Made by a program: the position numbers and the translations under genes. Source: Phoronis australis (Eukaryota; Animalia; Phoronida). From it: a stretch of DNA of 64,000 nucleotides. This document shows positions 13,401 to 27,400 of this stretch, piece after piece (position 1 is the stretch's first letter; every line of letters starts with the position of its first letter). The stretch lies in contig NMRA01000203.1 of NCBI GenBank assembly GCA_002633005.1, positions 413,818 to 477,817 on the forward strand. The letters run 5' to 3'. Below the pieces are notes generated by a model. That model ran no database searches. It saw only the letters and a program-made list of their open reading frames with translations, and was not told where the DNA came from.

Positions 13401-16165
13401 CGGCGACGATGGCCACTTAGGCACTTTAATTTAATTATCATTGCAGCTGCTACCTAAGTAATTAATGTTTACAAAAAATTGAGACTACGGCAGGGGATGA
13501 CGGCCACTTGGGCATGTTGTTTGCAACTATCTACTCCATTTAACCTTCTCAAAAATTTTAGACTTAAAGTGCTTTAAAATCACACCCACAGTATAACGCC
13601 ATAGGATTATCCCTTAGCGCAAGCAGTGTCGATGTGGCAACTGAATGGAGTGTTCGAAAAACAGGATTGCAGGAGTATTTGTTTAAACTGGGAACAAATG
13701 AAAACATTAACGACCTCCTCAGAGGCATCTCTCTACGCGGTACTTCTAAACTTATAGGAACATAATTTGCCGAAAAGTATCCGGCATATGAAGTACCTAT
13801 AGTATGATCATCGTCTCTACTGGGTCAGCAGTATTGTCTAAGGCCTAGGCAGTCAAGGGGCTGAACAAGTTAAAAAACAACTGGTGATAATACTGAATCA
13901 CACGTGGAAAACACCAAAATGTATTTTTAAAAAACACGTACCTGTTTTTGAAAGCTATACTTCTTTCTCTTTCTTGAAATGTGGCCCATAATGTACTTTT
14001 CCTGCTAACAAATGATGCACTCATGTTTCAGAATGTTCCTATCTTGTTCAGGTTAATTGGGTGTTTCAGATTTTGGAAGGGATTGATTTTCTTGGGAAAT
14101 CTTGGATAACATCTGTATCACTTTCAGCAACTTCAGCTTTAGTACTACTGTTGGTGCCTTGAAACGTTGCTATGCCGTTCTATGTCCTTTCAATTTTCTG
14201 GTCTGACACTTGGTATTCTAGTCTATAGCACTCAGCAGTATACTGTGTAGGCTACCAGGGCATGCAGCTGTTTTCTGCACAAACGTTTGTGACACCTCTT
14301 CTTCTTTTTGATCTACTGATCTACAGAGTTCCACAGTCAATCAGCTTTCGTCAGGAAGCTTTCCTAAGCTTCTTTAGGCTCTGACATCACAATTTTGTGC
14401 TGTTTGATAAACCTTGAATTATACAGACATCACATTCCATGGGAGCAGCCATATTGAAGTAACTAAGCACAACAATACAATCTGGCTCTCTGATTGGTCA
14501 ATTCACTAGAAAAGCGCCATCAAGTGGCAGGAATATGCATCATATTTTGTGCAACAAAAACACCTTTTTTTAAAAAAATGTGCAAGTGTAGACGTGGGAA
14601 CTTTTTGGAATTTGATTTTTAGTTATATTATCTAGCCACATAGAAAAAACTAGGTTGCCCCCCCAAAGTACTCACAAGGGTGAACGCTATGAGATTTGGC
14701 CCACCGACTAATAGTAGCCCTTGTGTTTTTCAGTGTCTTGTTGAATTAAAAAGCTAAATGAAATGTATTTTAATTATTTATTTTTATAATAGGACTTGCC
14801 CTAAGCTTGTACAGACTTATTGTCTGAGCCACGTTGCTGATAGTTTTGATGCTTACCCATGTTAACAGTAAAGGTGTTGTTTAAAAGTATTGGTAACAGG
14901 ACTTCAGTATCTTTTTATAACAAACTATGAAGCAGACAATTGGTTCACCACGGTTTAGTTGACAGCATCATCTTACGGCATTCAAATTTTGATCAAACAC
15001 ATTGGTGCTGTCGTCCTGTGTTAAGGCAGACATTACATCACATTAAGTTTAGGATAATGATTTATAAATATTTGGAGTTAATAAAATTATTAAATGCTTG
15101 TCTTTACTGATACACTCGATGACCTTTTCATTTCAATCTTGTCTTCTTTTCAATTTTAAAAGAGGTATTAAATTAAGGTCGCATTGCGGTTCACACAGAT
15201 ACAGTTATGAACTTTTTGATCCAGGATGGTATTTTTCGAGTTTCAGAAAACTTTCTAGCAGATATTTGCTCCTTTCCCAGTTGTTTCTGGTCTCCAACAA
15301 TTCTTTCTTTTGTTTCTAAATGCAGGTTCAATATCCTCGAACCTCAGCAGAAAAAGACTGCAGTTTCTGGCAAGTGTAGTGTGACGGGAAATTCTCGCAT
15401 CTATTTAACTGCCCTGTATAACCAAAAACGACATTGAAACGCTGTTCAAAGTCTTCCAATAGTTGTTCTGTTGGTATCGTGAGTACTTTTGGCAGCCGAC
15501 CGCACAAAAACCGACCATGATTAGCAGACGACGTACTTGCCGGAAGTAAAACTTGCTAATTTTGGTAGGTGTCGCTAGTGAAGGATGACGTCACGGCTTA
15601 TGCGGAAGATCGCAGATTTCGTCCATTGAAAATATACGGAGTTGACGGTCCATATACTATAGTCTATGATGACACCGTAAAGTATAACTTCTTAACAAAT
15701 ACTTTTGAAAGTCCAATGCATATAGTTTGAATCTGAAGCAACTTCTGCACTCGATTTTATGGCTGTCTTTGTAATATTTAATCGTTTTAGGTTCTTAGAT
15801 AGGTGACAAATTCTAACTCTTGCAAGCTGGAAAGTAAAAAAAAGACTTAAAGTTATTTTTATTGGCTGAAAATTGTAATTTCATGGGTAGGACGGATGTG
15901 ACGTACGTACAATTTTTACGTCACGCGATTTCTGACTTAACGATTAATCTCTGGGATCTAAAATTTTGGTTAATAGTACTCAGAAACAAGTTAGAGGAGA
16001 ATCTGAAATTATTTTAATTCTCATTGAAAACTCTTGAAATGATGAAACTATTTAGCACTTTTTGTGTCGGACTTAGACACCATGATATCAAGGAGTTGGC
16101 CTTTGACCCCAAGAAGTCGACGATGTGTAACTGCTTAAATGATATTTTTAGAAAGTTTAGGCTTC
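10416..16165. mobile_element. Long-TIR DNA transposon remnant (GAG terminus, Sola-like) in globin intron 1
   Basis: ~10680-11163 is an imperfect inverted repeat of ~15668-16162 (e.g. cttgggtcaaaggtcaattcttggatatcatggtg vs caccatgatatcaaggagttggcctttgaccccaag). Putative left end GAGCAATTCC at 10416; right end truncated. Superfamily tentative. Confidence 0.55.
11547..14710 (-). mobile_element. Internally deleted AcademX-type DNA transposon
   Basis: TIRs TAGTCGGTGGGCCA (11547) / TGGCCCACCGACTA (14710) with ~150 bp of imperfect extension; 3-bp TSD ATA on both sides; minus-strand remnants DLVS.EAKYHRS.C (~13010-12960) and a C-terminal Cys-rich finger CKCKKNMC...CC...CTEMCSCDNCSN (12281-12550). 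Confidence 0.8.
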
Positions 16166-16719
16166 ATGAGATTGCACAATGTTTTTAACATTTACAATGA
16201 CACAAAAAGACAAGAACACCACAACCACGCGAACACACACACGCATACTCCACACCTAATCCTCTTTACTAAGAAAAACAGTTTCAAAGTTACACTATCT
16301 TTTTGTACAAATTCTGAATTTAAATCCTTACGAGCACTATACTTTTCATTCATGTAGTATTTTTGATGAATATAAAAATGTACTTAGAAGTAATCTTTTT
16401 GATCCAAACTTTTGAGCATAAATAAACTGTTTACCCAATAATAAAACAATGTTTTTAAAATATTCTTTTAATCAAAAAAGCCAAAAATAACATTGTTGCA
16501 GGAGAGAGTGCCGACATACCGACGATTTCCTTTGTTTTCTTATATCAGTGAACATACATAGGGACTGAAAACATCCTTATTCATTTTCAATAATATATCA
16601 AGGTGAACAATGCCTTAGTAATGAGGATAAAACAGCATTAGACAAAAGGTTAAACTTTTCAAATCCCTCGGTAAAATTTTGAAGAACCTAGTTGTGAAAG
16701 TTGACTGACGCTTGTTATG

Positions 16720-18540
16720 TATTGTCTATCGGACTTCGCGTGGCTGTATATTACAAAATGCAATGTCTTCAAAGTCCTTTGAGACCTCTATCGTTGTAAG
16801 CAAAGAGGCCCTGCGTCTCCGTATTTATTTTTATTGTACGTAGAAATAGTGGGTTTGATGACTAGGTTTAATAGTAATATAAAAGGTGTCACAATAAATA
16901 ACACTCATCAATTGAAAATTTTGCATTAAGCAGACGTCACTGTCACGGTTCTGATTGGGTCAGAATACTCACTTAAATGTATTTCAAACTTACTTGATCA
17001 GTTTGCCAAATTCTCAGGTCTTAAGCCAAATATCGAAACAACTGTGAGACCACCTTATACTCTCAAAGAAATTGAAGATGGACCAGTGAAACTTTTATCA
17101 TATTTACATGTAGCGTAGACTTGGAAAACATTCCAAATTTAAACTAGGATGAAAAAGGAAGGAAATAAATAAAACACTGCATATCTGGTCTAGACGTAGT
17201 CTTATGACGCTTGGGAGGGTTACAGTGGTAAAAACTATTCTATTACCGAAAATTAATCAATCTGTTTATCCAACTCCCGTCTCTTTCCCAAGCGTTTATA
17301 AAAAAATTAGACCAAACGTTTTTCAAATTTATTTGGGGACAAAAAATGATAGAATAGTTAGAAAAGTTGGGATCCAGAATTCTGACAGTGGAGGATGTAA
17401 AATGATCCACTTGGCTTCTAACATAAAGGCACTGAAACTTACGTGGCTCCGTACATTAGTAAACGCAAAACAAACTTGTGGATATGTTTGAACTGAAGCA
17501 TTTTGGGAAAAATTTTAGACTTCTGTGGTGTTTTGGAAATGACAACTGTAATGTGATCTCCTCCCAAATTAAAAATAAGTTCTGGAGAGAATTTTTTTTC
17601 TATCTTGAAAGAATTTGTGTCATTGACCCAAGGGACTTTGGCAAACTTGGAAAATCTCATTTATCAACCACTCTGGTACAACACCTAAATCAGAATTGGC
17701 AAAAAGTCAGTATTTCATAGGTCGTTGAACGATAGAGGAGTACGAATTATACATGATGTAATGAATAATGATGGATTTTTTTAGATTATGACGCTTTTTT
17801 TAAAAAGTTTTCATTTAGACCTATGATAACAACTTTTAGCCGCTTAGGAAAGCAATATTGTTTGCTTGTGTCGGTGATAGAAATTCAAATACTAAAGTTG
17901 TGCTACATCTACCATATTATCCGGAAGTACTAAATGAGATAACAAAAAACAAGAAAGGGTGTAAATCAATGTATGACATATTTATTCGTAATATGAGGAT
18001 AAAACCGACCTAACATGATAAATGGATTTCTGAGATAAGTAATGAATTAACTTTGTGTTGGAAAACAGTGTACTTAAATGTTTTAAATATTCTCTAGATG
18101 TTAAATTTAGATGGTTCCAGTATCGACTAGTTCATAGAATGTCATGTACAAATTCATATCTTTGTAAAATAGGCGGCTCGGGTTCTTCTGCTTGCACATT
18201 TTGTAACAAAGCCAAAGAAACTTGTATGCACTTATTTGTACATTATAACTACAGAACATTCTGGAAAGATATTTTTGAATTTTACTTCAGTGATAGCGAT
18301 AAAACAATAATGAACGCTTAATTTTGGTTCTAGCGAAATATCACATATACTACCAAAGATTGGGGGGGCTTTACCATCTATTAATGCTTTTGATAATATT
18401 TTAAAACAGTATTATCTCACAAAGAAATATATTTTTAGAAAAAATAGACAGTTTGATAGATTTAGAAATAGATGGTTAAAATTTTGCTCACATTATTGAA
18501 AATTAAGAGACCATTGAATGGGTGCGTGCCTGAATGTGTT
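16720..18540 (+). mobile_element. 5'-truncated, decayed L1/Tx1-type LINE (RT C-terminal half + zinc finger)
   Basis: Remnants NSNIKGVTI, FAKFSGLKPNIE, MTLGRVTVVKTILLPK, IKALKLTWL, and KFRWFQYRLVHR...CTFCNKAKETCMHLFVH; many stops and frameshifts. Confidence 0.85.
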
Positions 18541-18562
18541 TATATATATATATATATATATA
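18541..18562. repeat. (TA)n microsatellite at the LINE 3' end
   Basis: About 11 TA units. Confidence 0.9.
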
Positions 18563-20124
18563 AATATTTGATATAGATATAGATATGTATATTACATCAA
18601 TCCTGGATCCAGCCCTGCACAATTCCCTGAAAATATGTCTTGGTTAATCAATGAACAGTATTTTTATCAAAAAATGACATGAAAAACGTTGCTTTCTCCT
18701 CAAGACCAACAACTTGAGTGAGTTGAACTAAACCGGTTTAACGGTACCTTTTGTCTATCAGCCAAGGATTTCTTACTCTGGTAAACGCATTAAATCTGCA
18801 ACCTGCATCAACGACAGCTAGCATAAATGGGTTTCTCATGCAGTTTGTGACTGGTTAATGCCGTTTGTGTACAGCGCCCTTCACTGCTCAACATGTGAGA
18901 TAGTTTAATCCGTGCATTATAGAAAATGCAATTTAAAACTAGTGAACTTCTTAAACAATGAATTAAAAATATTTTCTATAGGCGTCGAATAAAAAGTAAA
19001 TTGCCACGTGAAACGTTCCGCTACTGTCCAGAGTACACTAATTGATTTACGAAAATCAAATGATGCATTAAAAATTCAATTTAGTATTTCCATGCTAACA
19101 GTAGAAAATGGAAAACGATGGGAACACAAAACATATGAACCCAGTATGAGTATCAGTGGGATAACGAAGTTCAAAAACATTGGAATGATTAAGAATTAAT
19201 CACGACAGTCAATTCACGCCTTTTCTTAGTAACGTAAACTGACGCCTTGTCAGAGAAATGTGTAATGTACAAAGCAAGTATTGACGTTTTGTTAACGTAG
19301 AGGCGCCAAAGTAAACATGCATATACGGCACAATCGTTTAAGTATAGGTTTACTCTATAATCTATGATCGCTTAAAATAAACAAGTATTGTAGATACGCA
19401 TGCAGTGAACGTTGAGTCAATAGCAACAGGTCTTTTAGATTTGCGTAATCACGTATTTCTAGCTTTCTGTTTCATCTATATGTTCGTAAATTGAGACAAC
19501 ATTCTAAATGTTTCACGACATTCTTTTCGTACGAATAATTCAATATGAGAGTGAGAACAACTTCCGTACTTGTATTTTTCGGACACAAAATGATTGACTA
19601 CATCTCGTATGACCACTTTTCTCATTTTGAGTGGTTGTCAAATCAGTGGATAGAAGAAAGAGTAATAATCAAGTAATATATTAGTGCTACGGAGCTTGGT
19701 TGCATAAAACTTCAAAAGCATCCGCTGGATAAGTCTGATTGTTACATGACGTCAATAATAACAACATGGCGCGTGATAATGAGGCGTCATTGTTGCTATA
19801 TGGCGTGTAACTTCTATGCAACTGTGCCCTGGTTTACTAGCACACAGTGTTGTTCTTAAGTACATATGTTAAAGGGGCTATAACCCGTGAGCCTTATGTC
19901 GAAAATACACTTTTAAATCAAAGCAGCATGTTACGTTTGCTTGTCGATCTTGTGGCTTATCTTCATTTCTTTACCATTATAAAAGTGCTATTCCTGTATC
20001 TCGCAGGATCCGTTCTCATGCGTACATTTGCAATGATTTTCTAAATTCACTGAGACACTATGTAACTTAACGTATTTTATGGAGAAACTATAATGCAAAG
20101 TAAAACACTTTTATCATTTAGTTC

Positions 20125-20253
20125 CATTGGCAGATCCAGGGGGGACGAGGGGGTCCGGATCCCCCCTTTACCCTTGATATTAGCGATATCAAATCTAGAA
20201 TTTTCAAATTGCTGACTTGGACCCCTTTTTTAAAAAATCTTGGTTTCGCCTCC
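20125..20253. mobile_element. MITE of the GGCGGATCCAGG...CCTGGATCCGCC type; related ends at ~18600, ~40080, ~54262, ~57085
   Basis: cattggcagatccaggggggg ... aaaaatcttggtttcgcctc imperfect TIR; the same terminal motif recurs in the window. Confidence 0.55.
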
Positions 20254-21700
20254 GAGTTCAAAAGGTGACGGACGACTATAAACACTGATGAGCAAAGCTT
20301 AAAAAGGCTTAGTCCCCTAAAAATGTTAATGCTTCGATTACGTATGACCAATAGTCAAACACTTTATATGTCGTATTCATTGACCGTTACAATTCGTTAA
20401 AACTTTTATATCTAGGAATTGGGTACATGCTTACTTAATGAACACTGGCTATTTTCATAACTACTGACATTTAGTGTTGATCGCGTTCATGAAAAGACTA
20501 AGTGCAAATCAATGTTTTGTATCAGTCATCGTAGTTACTTTTCCAGGCCATCTTGCAATATGATCTGACTGATTTTTGTGTGTTTTTTAAAGTATCTGCA
20601 TACTACAATAATAGACTTCCAGAGACTTTTTTCTGTTAACATTTGAATTGACTTTCTCATACATTGAATTTATATTCTGTAGTATAATAATGAAGAACGT
20701 CAATCAGCCAATCATGAAGCAGTATAAGATACTAAAACCGAACCTAACTAAATTGTATACGAGGATTTTAATTTAAAAAACTTAATTCACGAGTTTTAAG
20801 TGAAAATATATCAGTTTATTTTCGCCAATGTGTTATTGCCATGAAGTCATCACTAATGCAGGGCAATTGATCTACTTCACTCCATAGGATATTAGACCAG
20901 ATTGCTTGATAATCAGGTTTCTCGACGACAACGTGAGACCTGCAAACTTTTCCCAAAATTCACTTTGTCGATTAAAAAGACGTATTGGTTGAAAAAGTTC
21001 ATCAGGCTTAGTTTCAATTCCAAACAATTCACAACCAATTGAAAATAGAAAAAGCAAGGGTTCAGCAACAGGGGCTTCTTTTTAATCACTATCCAAAATG
21101 AAAATTATGCAAAAGATTATTCAAAGACAAAAACGATATTTAAAACTTTTCAACTTCATAATAAAAATGATTTTCATTCGCAAACACGTCATTCATAACG
21201 TCACTAAGTAAAAGCAGTGTCAAAAAGTCATGACTTTTGACTAGGTGCGCCTCTGAACCCATCCATAATTGAGGCTTCTTAAGTTAATGGCGGATGACTT
21301 ATTTCTTTTTTGTTGGCAACGACCAATTGTCATCAGGATAAGGTAACTTAAGGACATATCTGTGGGAGTTTATTTCGTGGTTTCAAAGTTTTGGTCTGCT
21401 TTAATCTATCACTCATGAATTGTTTACTCTTCTTGAGTTCAGAAATCATTTCAAATCTGACTAGCTAGTGGAGTCTAGGAAATCTCCGTAGTATAAGGTA
21501 AAGTTAGTTTATAACAGCTTTAGATGCAAGGAACAAGACCAGAGAGTTCATACTAGTATATGGACTGAAAGAATGCACTCTGCCGCGTGAAAAACAAAAA
21601 AACATAAGCACTCATTTGTTCTACTTTTGATAGAACTCGGGCATTGCTGAAACGCGAACATGACATAGGGCCTCCGACATGTCACCCGTATAATACTTAC

Positions 21701-21864
21701 ATTACAAAGCAATCCATGGCAACATTTTCCAGATCACGTGCAACGGCTTTCCACGAATTTCGCAAATTGAACATCTGTCTGTATGTTTTGAAAGGTAATC
21801 GGGGGTCCACATTTTTTGGCTGTTCGTTAAACGACCCAGCCGAAGTGGAAGCAGAACATCCCAT
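21701..21864 (-). CDS. Globin, coding exon 1 (N-terminal acylation motif, A helix to B12)
   Basis: ATG at 21864 in a ccagcATGG context. Translates MGCSASTSAGSFNEQPKNVDPRLPFKTYRQMFNLRNSWKAVARDLENVAMDCFV+AT, then a GTAAGT donor at 21700 (phase 2 = B12.2). DPRLP..RQ.F.L..SWK is typical of invertebrate neuroglobin/GbX-like globins. Not in the ORF track. Confidence 0.9.
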
Positions 21865-24344
21865 GCTGGTGTCCAACCCGGGGTGTCCGTTCTGTTAGCA
21901 ACCTGTCTTCTGTCAGTGTAACCAGGAAAGAACAGTTTGATCTCCGGTCACTGTTTGTATTCACAGCGTTAACACGATGTTGTCATACCTTTATACATGA
22001 TCGGGTGCACATACAGGTATTGACGCAGAAAGCACAATACAGGTGTTTGTGTAGCTATCGAAAATCACTTCAACACACACTGTTTTGTTCTCATTTCCAT
22101 TGTGGACGTCACAGGTACAGTTTAGACGAGGCCAAGGCTCTTAGTGGCGATAGCATGCACATGCTTCTTGCAGTTATCTTGTCACGTAACAGTTGATGTG
22201 GTAACGAGCATCGCAGGTATCAATTGCCTGCACTTCACCACCTACCTGCAGCCAAATAATGTCTTTGAAACACGTGGTAAATTGACGTATCGCCAGGATT
22301 ATGACTGGCGGCTTAACTGACCAATCAGAACGCAGCATTCTTGACACACCTTCATCTGCATTTCCAAGCCGCATTTTTTTCCGACAAACACACGTTGTTC
22401 GCGGTAAAGCTTATTTTAGTGTATTGCTCAAAAAGGTATGCTATAAGAATGATGACACGGTGCTGATGTGGCCCGTGTAATTCTGGCAACTGTTATACAT
22501 CTCGAAAAGAATATCCCGTCACTTTTAGGCATCCCCTAAGCCAACAGTGATCATGGTCGAGTGTGTAAACGATGAATAGTCAAAATATGGACGGCCACGC
22601 GAGCAGCTAAACTTGGCAATGTTACTGGATTACTCGAAGGTTAAACACAAATATACATTGTTCCAAGATAGTACTTTTCAGTTTGGTGGCTATACATGTA
22701 GTGTAGGCCTATATGATTTTTGACTCCGGAGTTTCACTCGTCTGGGCATCTGATGGATCCCAGTACTAATCTAGCGGTAGTCCCCGGAAATTGTTATTTT
22801 AAGGACATTTTTTATTATTTTTCATTTGTTTCGACCTATAATGTTTTGTAGCAGAGGTACATGTTTTGTTATTCATATAGGCTAGTGGTGTACAAATGAA
22901 CTCTCCAAAATTGAGAGATTCGATCGCCACCTAGGGAGGGGCACTGAATTACTGAACTCAAAGCCTTGTTCGAGGAGTTGTCACGAAAAAATAAACAGTT
23001 GAATTAATTTTTGCTGAGAACCTCTAGTATACACTTCGCCTGTAGAGTTAGGGAGAGCTTATTTTGAAGTTGTTCAAACATGGAAGCTTTAAAAAAGAAT
23101 TTTGGGTTATTTTTTGTAAATAGGCATTTTTGCCATAATACATCAGACTTGTCAACTTTTGTAACCAAACCACAGCTTAGGGATCTTGCTACGTTTATGG
23201 AATCTAGCTTTAAGCAATGAAACAACAAAAAATGCAGCAAAGTTCATCAGAAGGTAGGCCTAACTTATGTTTTAAAGGTGCATTTTCAGCCAATTCTTGA
23301 CTTGGACACAGTTCGGCTAGACCTACCGGAGCTAAGTACTTGCCTAGGACAAGATGAGTTTGTACCCGACCTACGAACCTGATTTTTCTAATTGAAATAT
23401 TTCGTTAGAAGATGAAATGCATAAACTGCTATCGACTCGACCTACTTTGTTATCGGGGAGTCCTACGAGTTGTTACCTACTTTTCGTTTGGCGGAATTTA
23501 GCGGACGGCAGAATAAAAATATCGGTGAATCTTCAATGATTTTGCTCGAAAGATCCTGAAAGCAGTGGCTTCGCACAGATAATCCGACTTTAAAATACAT
23601 AGCTAGGTGTACATGAACATATCGCATCAGTGATCTTGTCATTTATCACTGAAGTGAAGGTGAACCCCGCGAGGGGTTCTTCGGGTTTTCGCTAGCTCAG
23701 AAATAATTTTCCTCGAGAAATTATTTTTTATAGTCGCCTTTACAAATTCTCACATCGTGAACGCTCAGTTCTCTGCTGAAGAGCATGGCTTGATTTCTTT
23801 GTCGAAGTGTTTTTGGAAAGTGCAAAAAACTCATCCGATTCCACATCGTTTAGCGAGTGTACTTGCCTCTGACATCTTGTTTCTTTGTTTGTCTGTTTGT
23901 TCGTTCGTTTGTCGGGTATCACGTGACTTTTCGCAAGGGGAAGAGATCATATCGGTTCGTATCCGCGCCAAATAAACCGCGGGAAAACAGTTTGTTATCG
24001 TTGTAATTTGAAAGACTCGTAAAAATTAGGGTCTCATTTTTAAAAATGAATGGAAATTGTAATCCTTGCAATTGAGAAAGTCCGTATTTGTCGACTCGTT
24101 TATGTATCAAAATAAAGACTTTTCTCCCTTGTCATGGCATACTTGGAGAAAGCCTTATCGATGGAATTCCCGAGTGTAATCGTTACGTATGCGGCGATGT
24201 TGGGGTACTTTTAGTATTAATTGAACTAAATTTAAAACGAAAAAATCATTGAAACGGTGTAGCTATCAGTAAGTGAACATAAAATGTTCATTGTGCGTTT
24301 TTATGGAAAAAAAGTAGAAGATGAAGGACTGTTGGCCAGATCAG

Positions 24345-24424
24345 GTGATTGCACTATTGACGTTCCCATCAGACGTACCCTGTGATTGCACTATTGACGT
24401 TCCCATCAGACGTACCTTGTGATT
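24345..24424. repeat. 37-bp direct duplication
   Basis: gtgattgcactattgacgttcccatcagacgtacc[c/t]t twice, followed by gtgatt. Confidence 0.9.
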
Positions 24425-24464
24425 CCCCCAAAGTTTAGTAGATCCTGTAGACCATCATGGCCTC

Positions 24465-27400
24465 ATGGCTGAAGTTAGCACTTTCAAAAACGTTGGATCA
24501 TTTGAAAATCAATTCCTCCCTTAAAGATGAGCAAAAAATGTTTACAGTCAATCATTGACCAGCGCGATGTTGTAGCTGTGATTTTGAATATTTTTTTATT
24601 TTAGAAAGTTGCTGAACATCATTGTTCCAGGTGGAGCGTCTGAAGAGGGTGCGCACGACGACTTATATCATTACTCCATTGGCTTTTGCGCTTTGCACTG
24701 GACTTTATGATTCTGGATAAAGTAATCAAGTCTGGTGACATGCACATTTTGAGTTCATTATTAAAACAACTGCTTCTTACATTTGTAGGCTTAACGTCTC
24801 CTAGAAGTAAATACGCAGTAGAATGTGTCAATTTTTTGACAAAGACAGACCTCATGTTATCCGAAAGAGAAGGTGTGCGTGTCAGACCTGGAGCTTCAGC
24901 CAATCCAGTATGAGATGCCATGTCGTGCAAGGCTGCTGACATGCAGCAGGAGAATAATATTAAACTGACGAAGTCCGTTATTAGGGGATATTGGAGGTGG
25001 GGAAAAATGAGAAGTCTATTACACGCATATCAAAAGCAGCCCCAGTTGTTGGCAAACTGGTCGATAATCTATCCTCTTTAACTGGAGCCCAACGTCATCA
25101 GAAAATGCCCCGCAAAAAGTTTAGTGTGGATGACTTGAACATGTTATGTGTACATATGCGGCGGCATCGCCCATTTCATGTGTATACAGGACGCTTAAGG
25201 GCATTACAGACTCAGTTGTTGGCAGTGTTGATCAATACAAATTGAGGGGCTATATTTTGAGGCACATGAAAAATGCATTGGGTCAGCTGCCATTGAAAGA
25301 TTGTGATGACGAATATGGTGATAACTATACAGTTGATTTTGAATAAGCAACAACAGCAAAAATTGCCTTCAAGTCAAATTCAATGAGACAGCAAAATTTT
25401 GAATAGTGTTTTTAATTAGTGTTTATCAAACAGCTTATGGCATACATTTGTATTGAACACAGGTTATATTAGGTAACAGCTTTCGTTGCAGTTTCTTATA
25501 TTGAGCCATTAGATCACTAGATAGTGTTTATGTATGCTGTATTTTATAATATTACCAAGTTAGTGTCATGTAGGCCCTTTAATGATAAAATAGTATTACA
25601 AGCAGTCAAAAATCCAAGCTATCCATACAACAATCATCAGAAATTAGGAAGTGTAACTTGTCATATGAAAGAAAGTGGTAAATTAGCCTTTGTAACTGGT
25701 ATATTTGTTTCCCATGGAACCAAACACCCATACCTGACTTGCATATGACAGTTGCTTCTGGTTGTGACATAAAACAAGGATTTGGAAAGTATTATACATT
25801 CAATGGCTCTATATCAAACTTGAGTAAATATTTGACTCTGGTTGACTGAAACTGTTTTTGTGAATGCTGACTTTGATTGATTAAGTTTACTTCGTCAACA
25901 CAGAATACATGATACAATACTCAAGAGAAGTAAAGAGAAAACAAAAATTCAAATAGATGTAAATGCAAATAGATGTAAATGCAATGCAGGTATGATAATC
26001 CTAGAAAATATGACAAAAACAATGTGAACAAGAATAGCACAGGGAAGTTTAAAAACTATCATTAATGGTGTTACTCTGTCAAAAATCAGAAGTAAAAGGA
26101 CAATGTTGACAGTAAAATGATTCATGAAAATCCGATTTTAATGATGTGAATTTCCAACTCTTTGCCCTCATTTTTTGTTCTTTCGGGTGACCTAAAAGGG
26201 CTGCTGGATTAACTGTCGATTCCAGGTTGTCATGTCTTGGGAGACATTTTTGTTGTTATTGAGTACATCTGCATTGAATATATATGTTTTTTGATTATTA
26301 TTTGATACCTTTTCCTGATTTCCGTGAAACTTCCGGGCACAGATTTGAAAATTCCAGATCAATAGTGAATCAGAAAAGTTTGGTGCTGTGAAACGTGTTG
26401 TGATGCGAATAGACATTTTTGAAACCATCTGCATTAAACTCAACATTCTAACACAATGTGTCCTTCGTCTATTACCACAACTGTCACGTTGGAAGCAAAT
26501 TCTTCGTTTTGCAAGTGTTTCAAACCGTCGCTTCGTCATCAGTATCATCATCACTGTTGTCTTGTGAAAAAAACGGTTGCTGTTCTGGCATTGTAATCTA
26601 GTACACAGCATTTAATACCGAACTTCTCAGTCAACTCGGCAATTTGGTTGAGTATTATAGTATTAAACAGTACACACCATGGATTTTTGCACATTTTGAA
26701 TTACCGGTGGCCAAAGACTAAATGTAAGGCGTAAAATTTAGCTAAACCCATGTTTATTTTGTGTAATTAGCTCAAAATTTTGATTTTTCTTTCAATTTTG
26801 CCAATTTTCACATTTCCCGCCATGTGACGTCATGGGTTGAACACAAGAGATCAGTGACTAGCATTGAACAATGGCGGAGACCAGGGAATTTGAAAGTGAC
26901 GACGATTATGAGCAAGAATTGAACGAATACTATGAAGAAACGTATGAGAATGGTGGCCAGGATGAGGAAATGGGGTTGCACGAAAGCGAGAACAAGTTTA
27001 ATGTGCTTCCGGCTGCGTACTTTTCTACTTTGAGCCTTATGAACTGGATCCTCCCGCGAGAGAAGCGGCCTCGGGCTCGGCGAGTCAACCCAGTCATCCA
27101 ACAGACGATCCTGAATTAAGAGCTGATGTTTCTGAATGATAAATATTGTCCTTTATTGAACCAGGCCTTCATCGTCTCCTGTGACTGGAGTCGAAACACG
27201 AGTCCTCAAAGTGGGCAGAACACAGAGTGGCCCCGGACCGAATCGCTTGGTCCACGATGACGTCCCACACTCTCATTCGGCGCACGAAGTCATGCCACTT
27301 CTGCGCAACTTTGGTGTCCTTCGGAACACCGAGACGTTTTCCGCCTGGCTGCTGTTGCTGCAGCCTCCGGAAACACATCTTTTGATCCCTCTACGAACCT

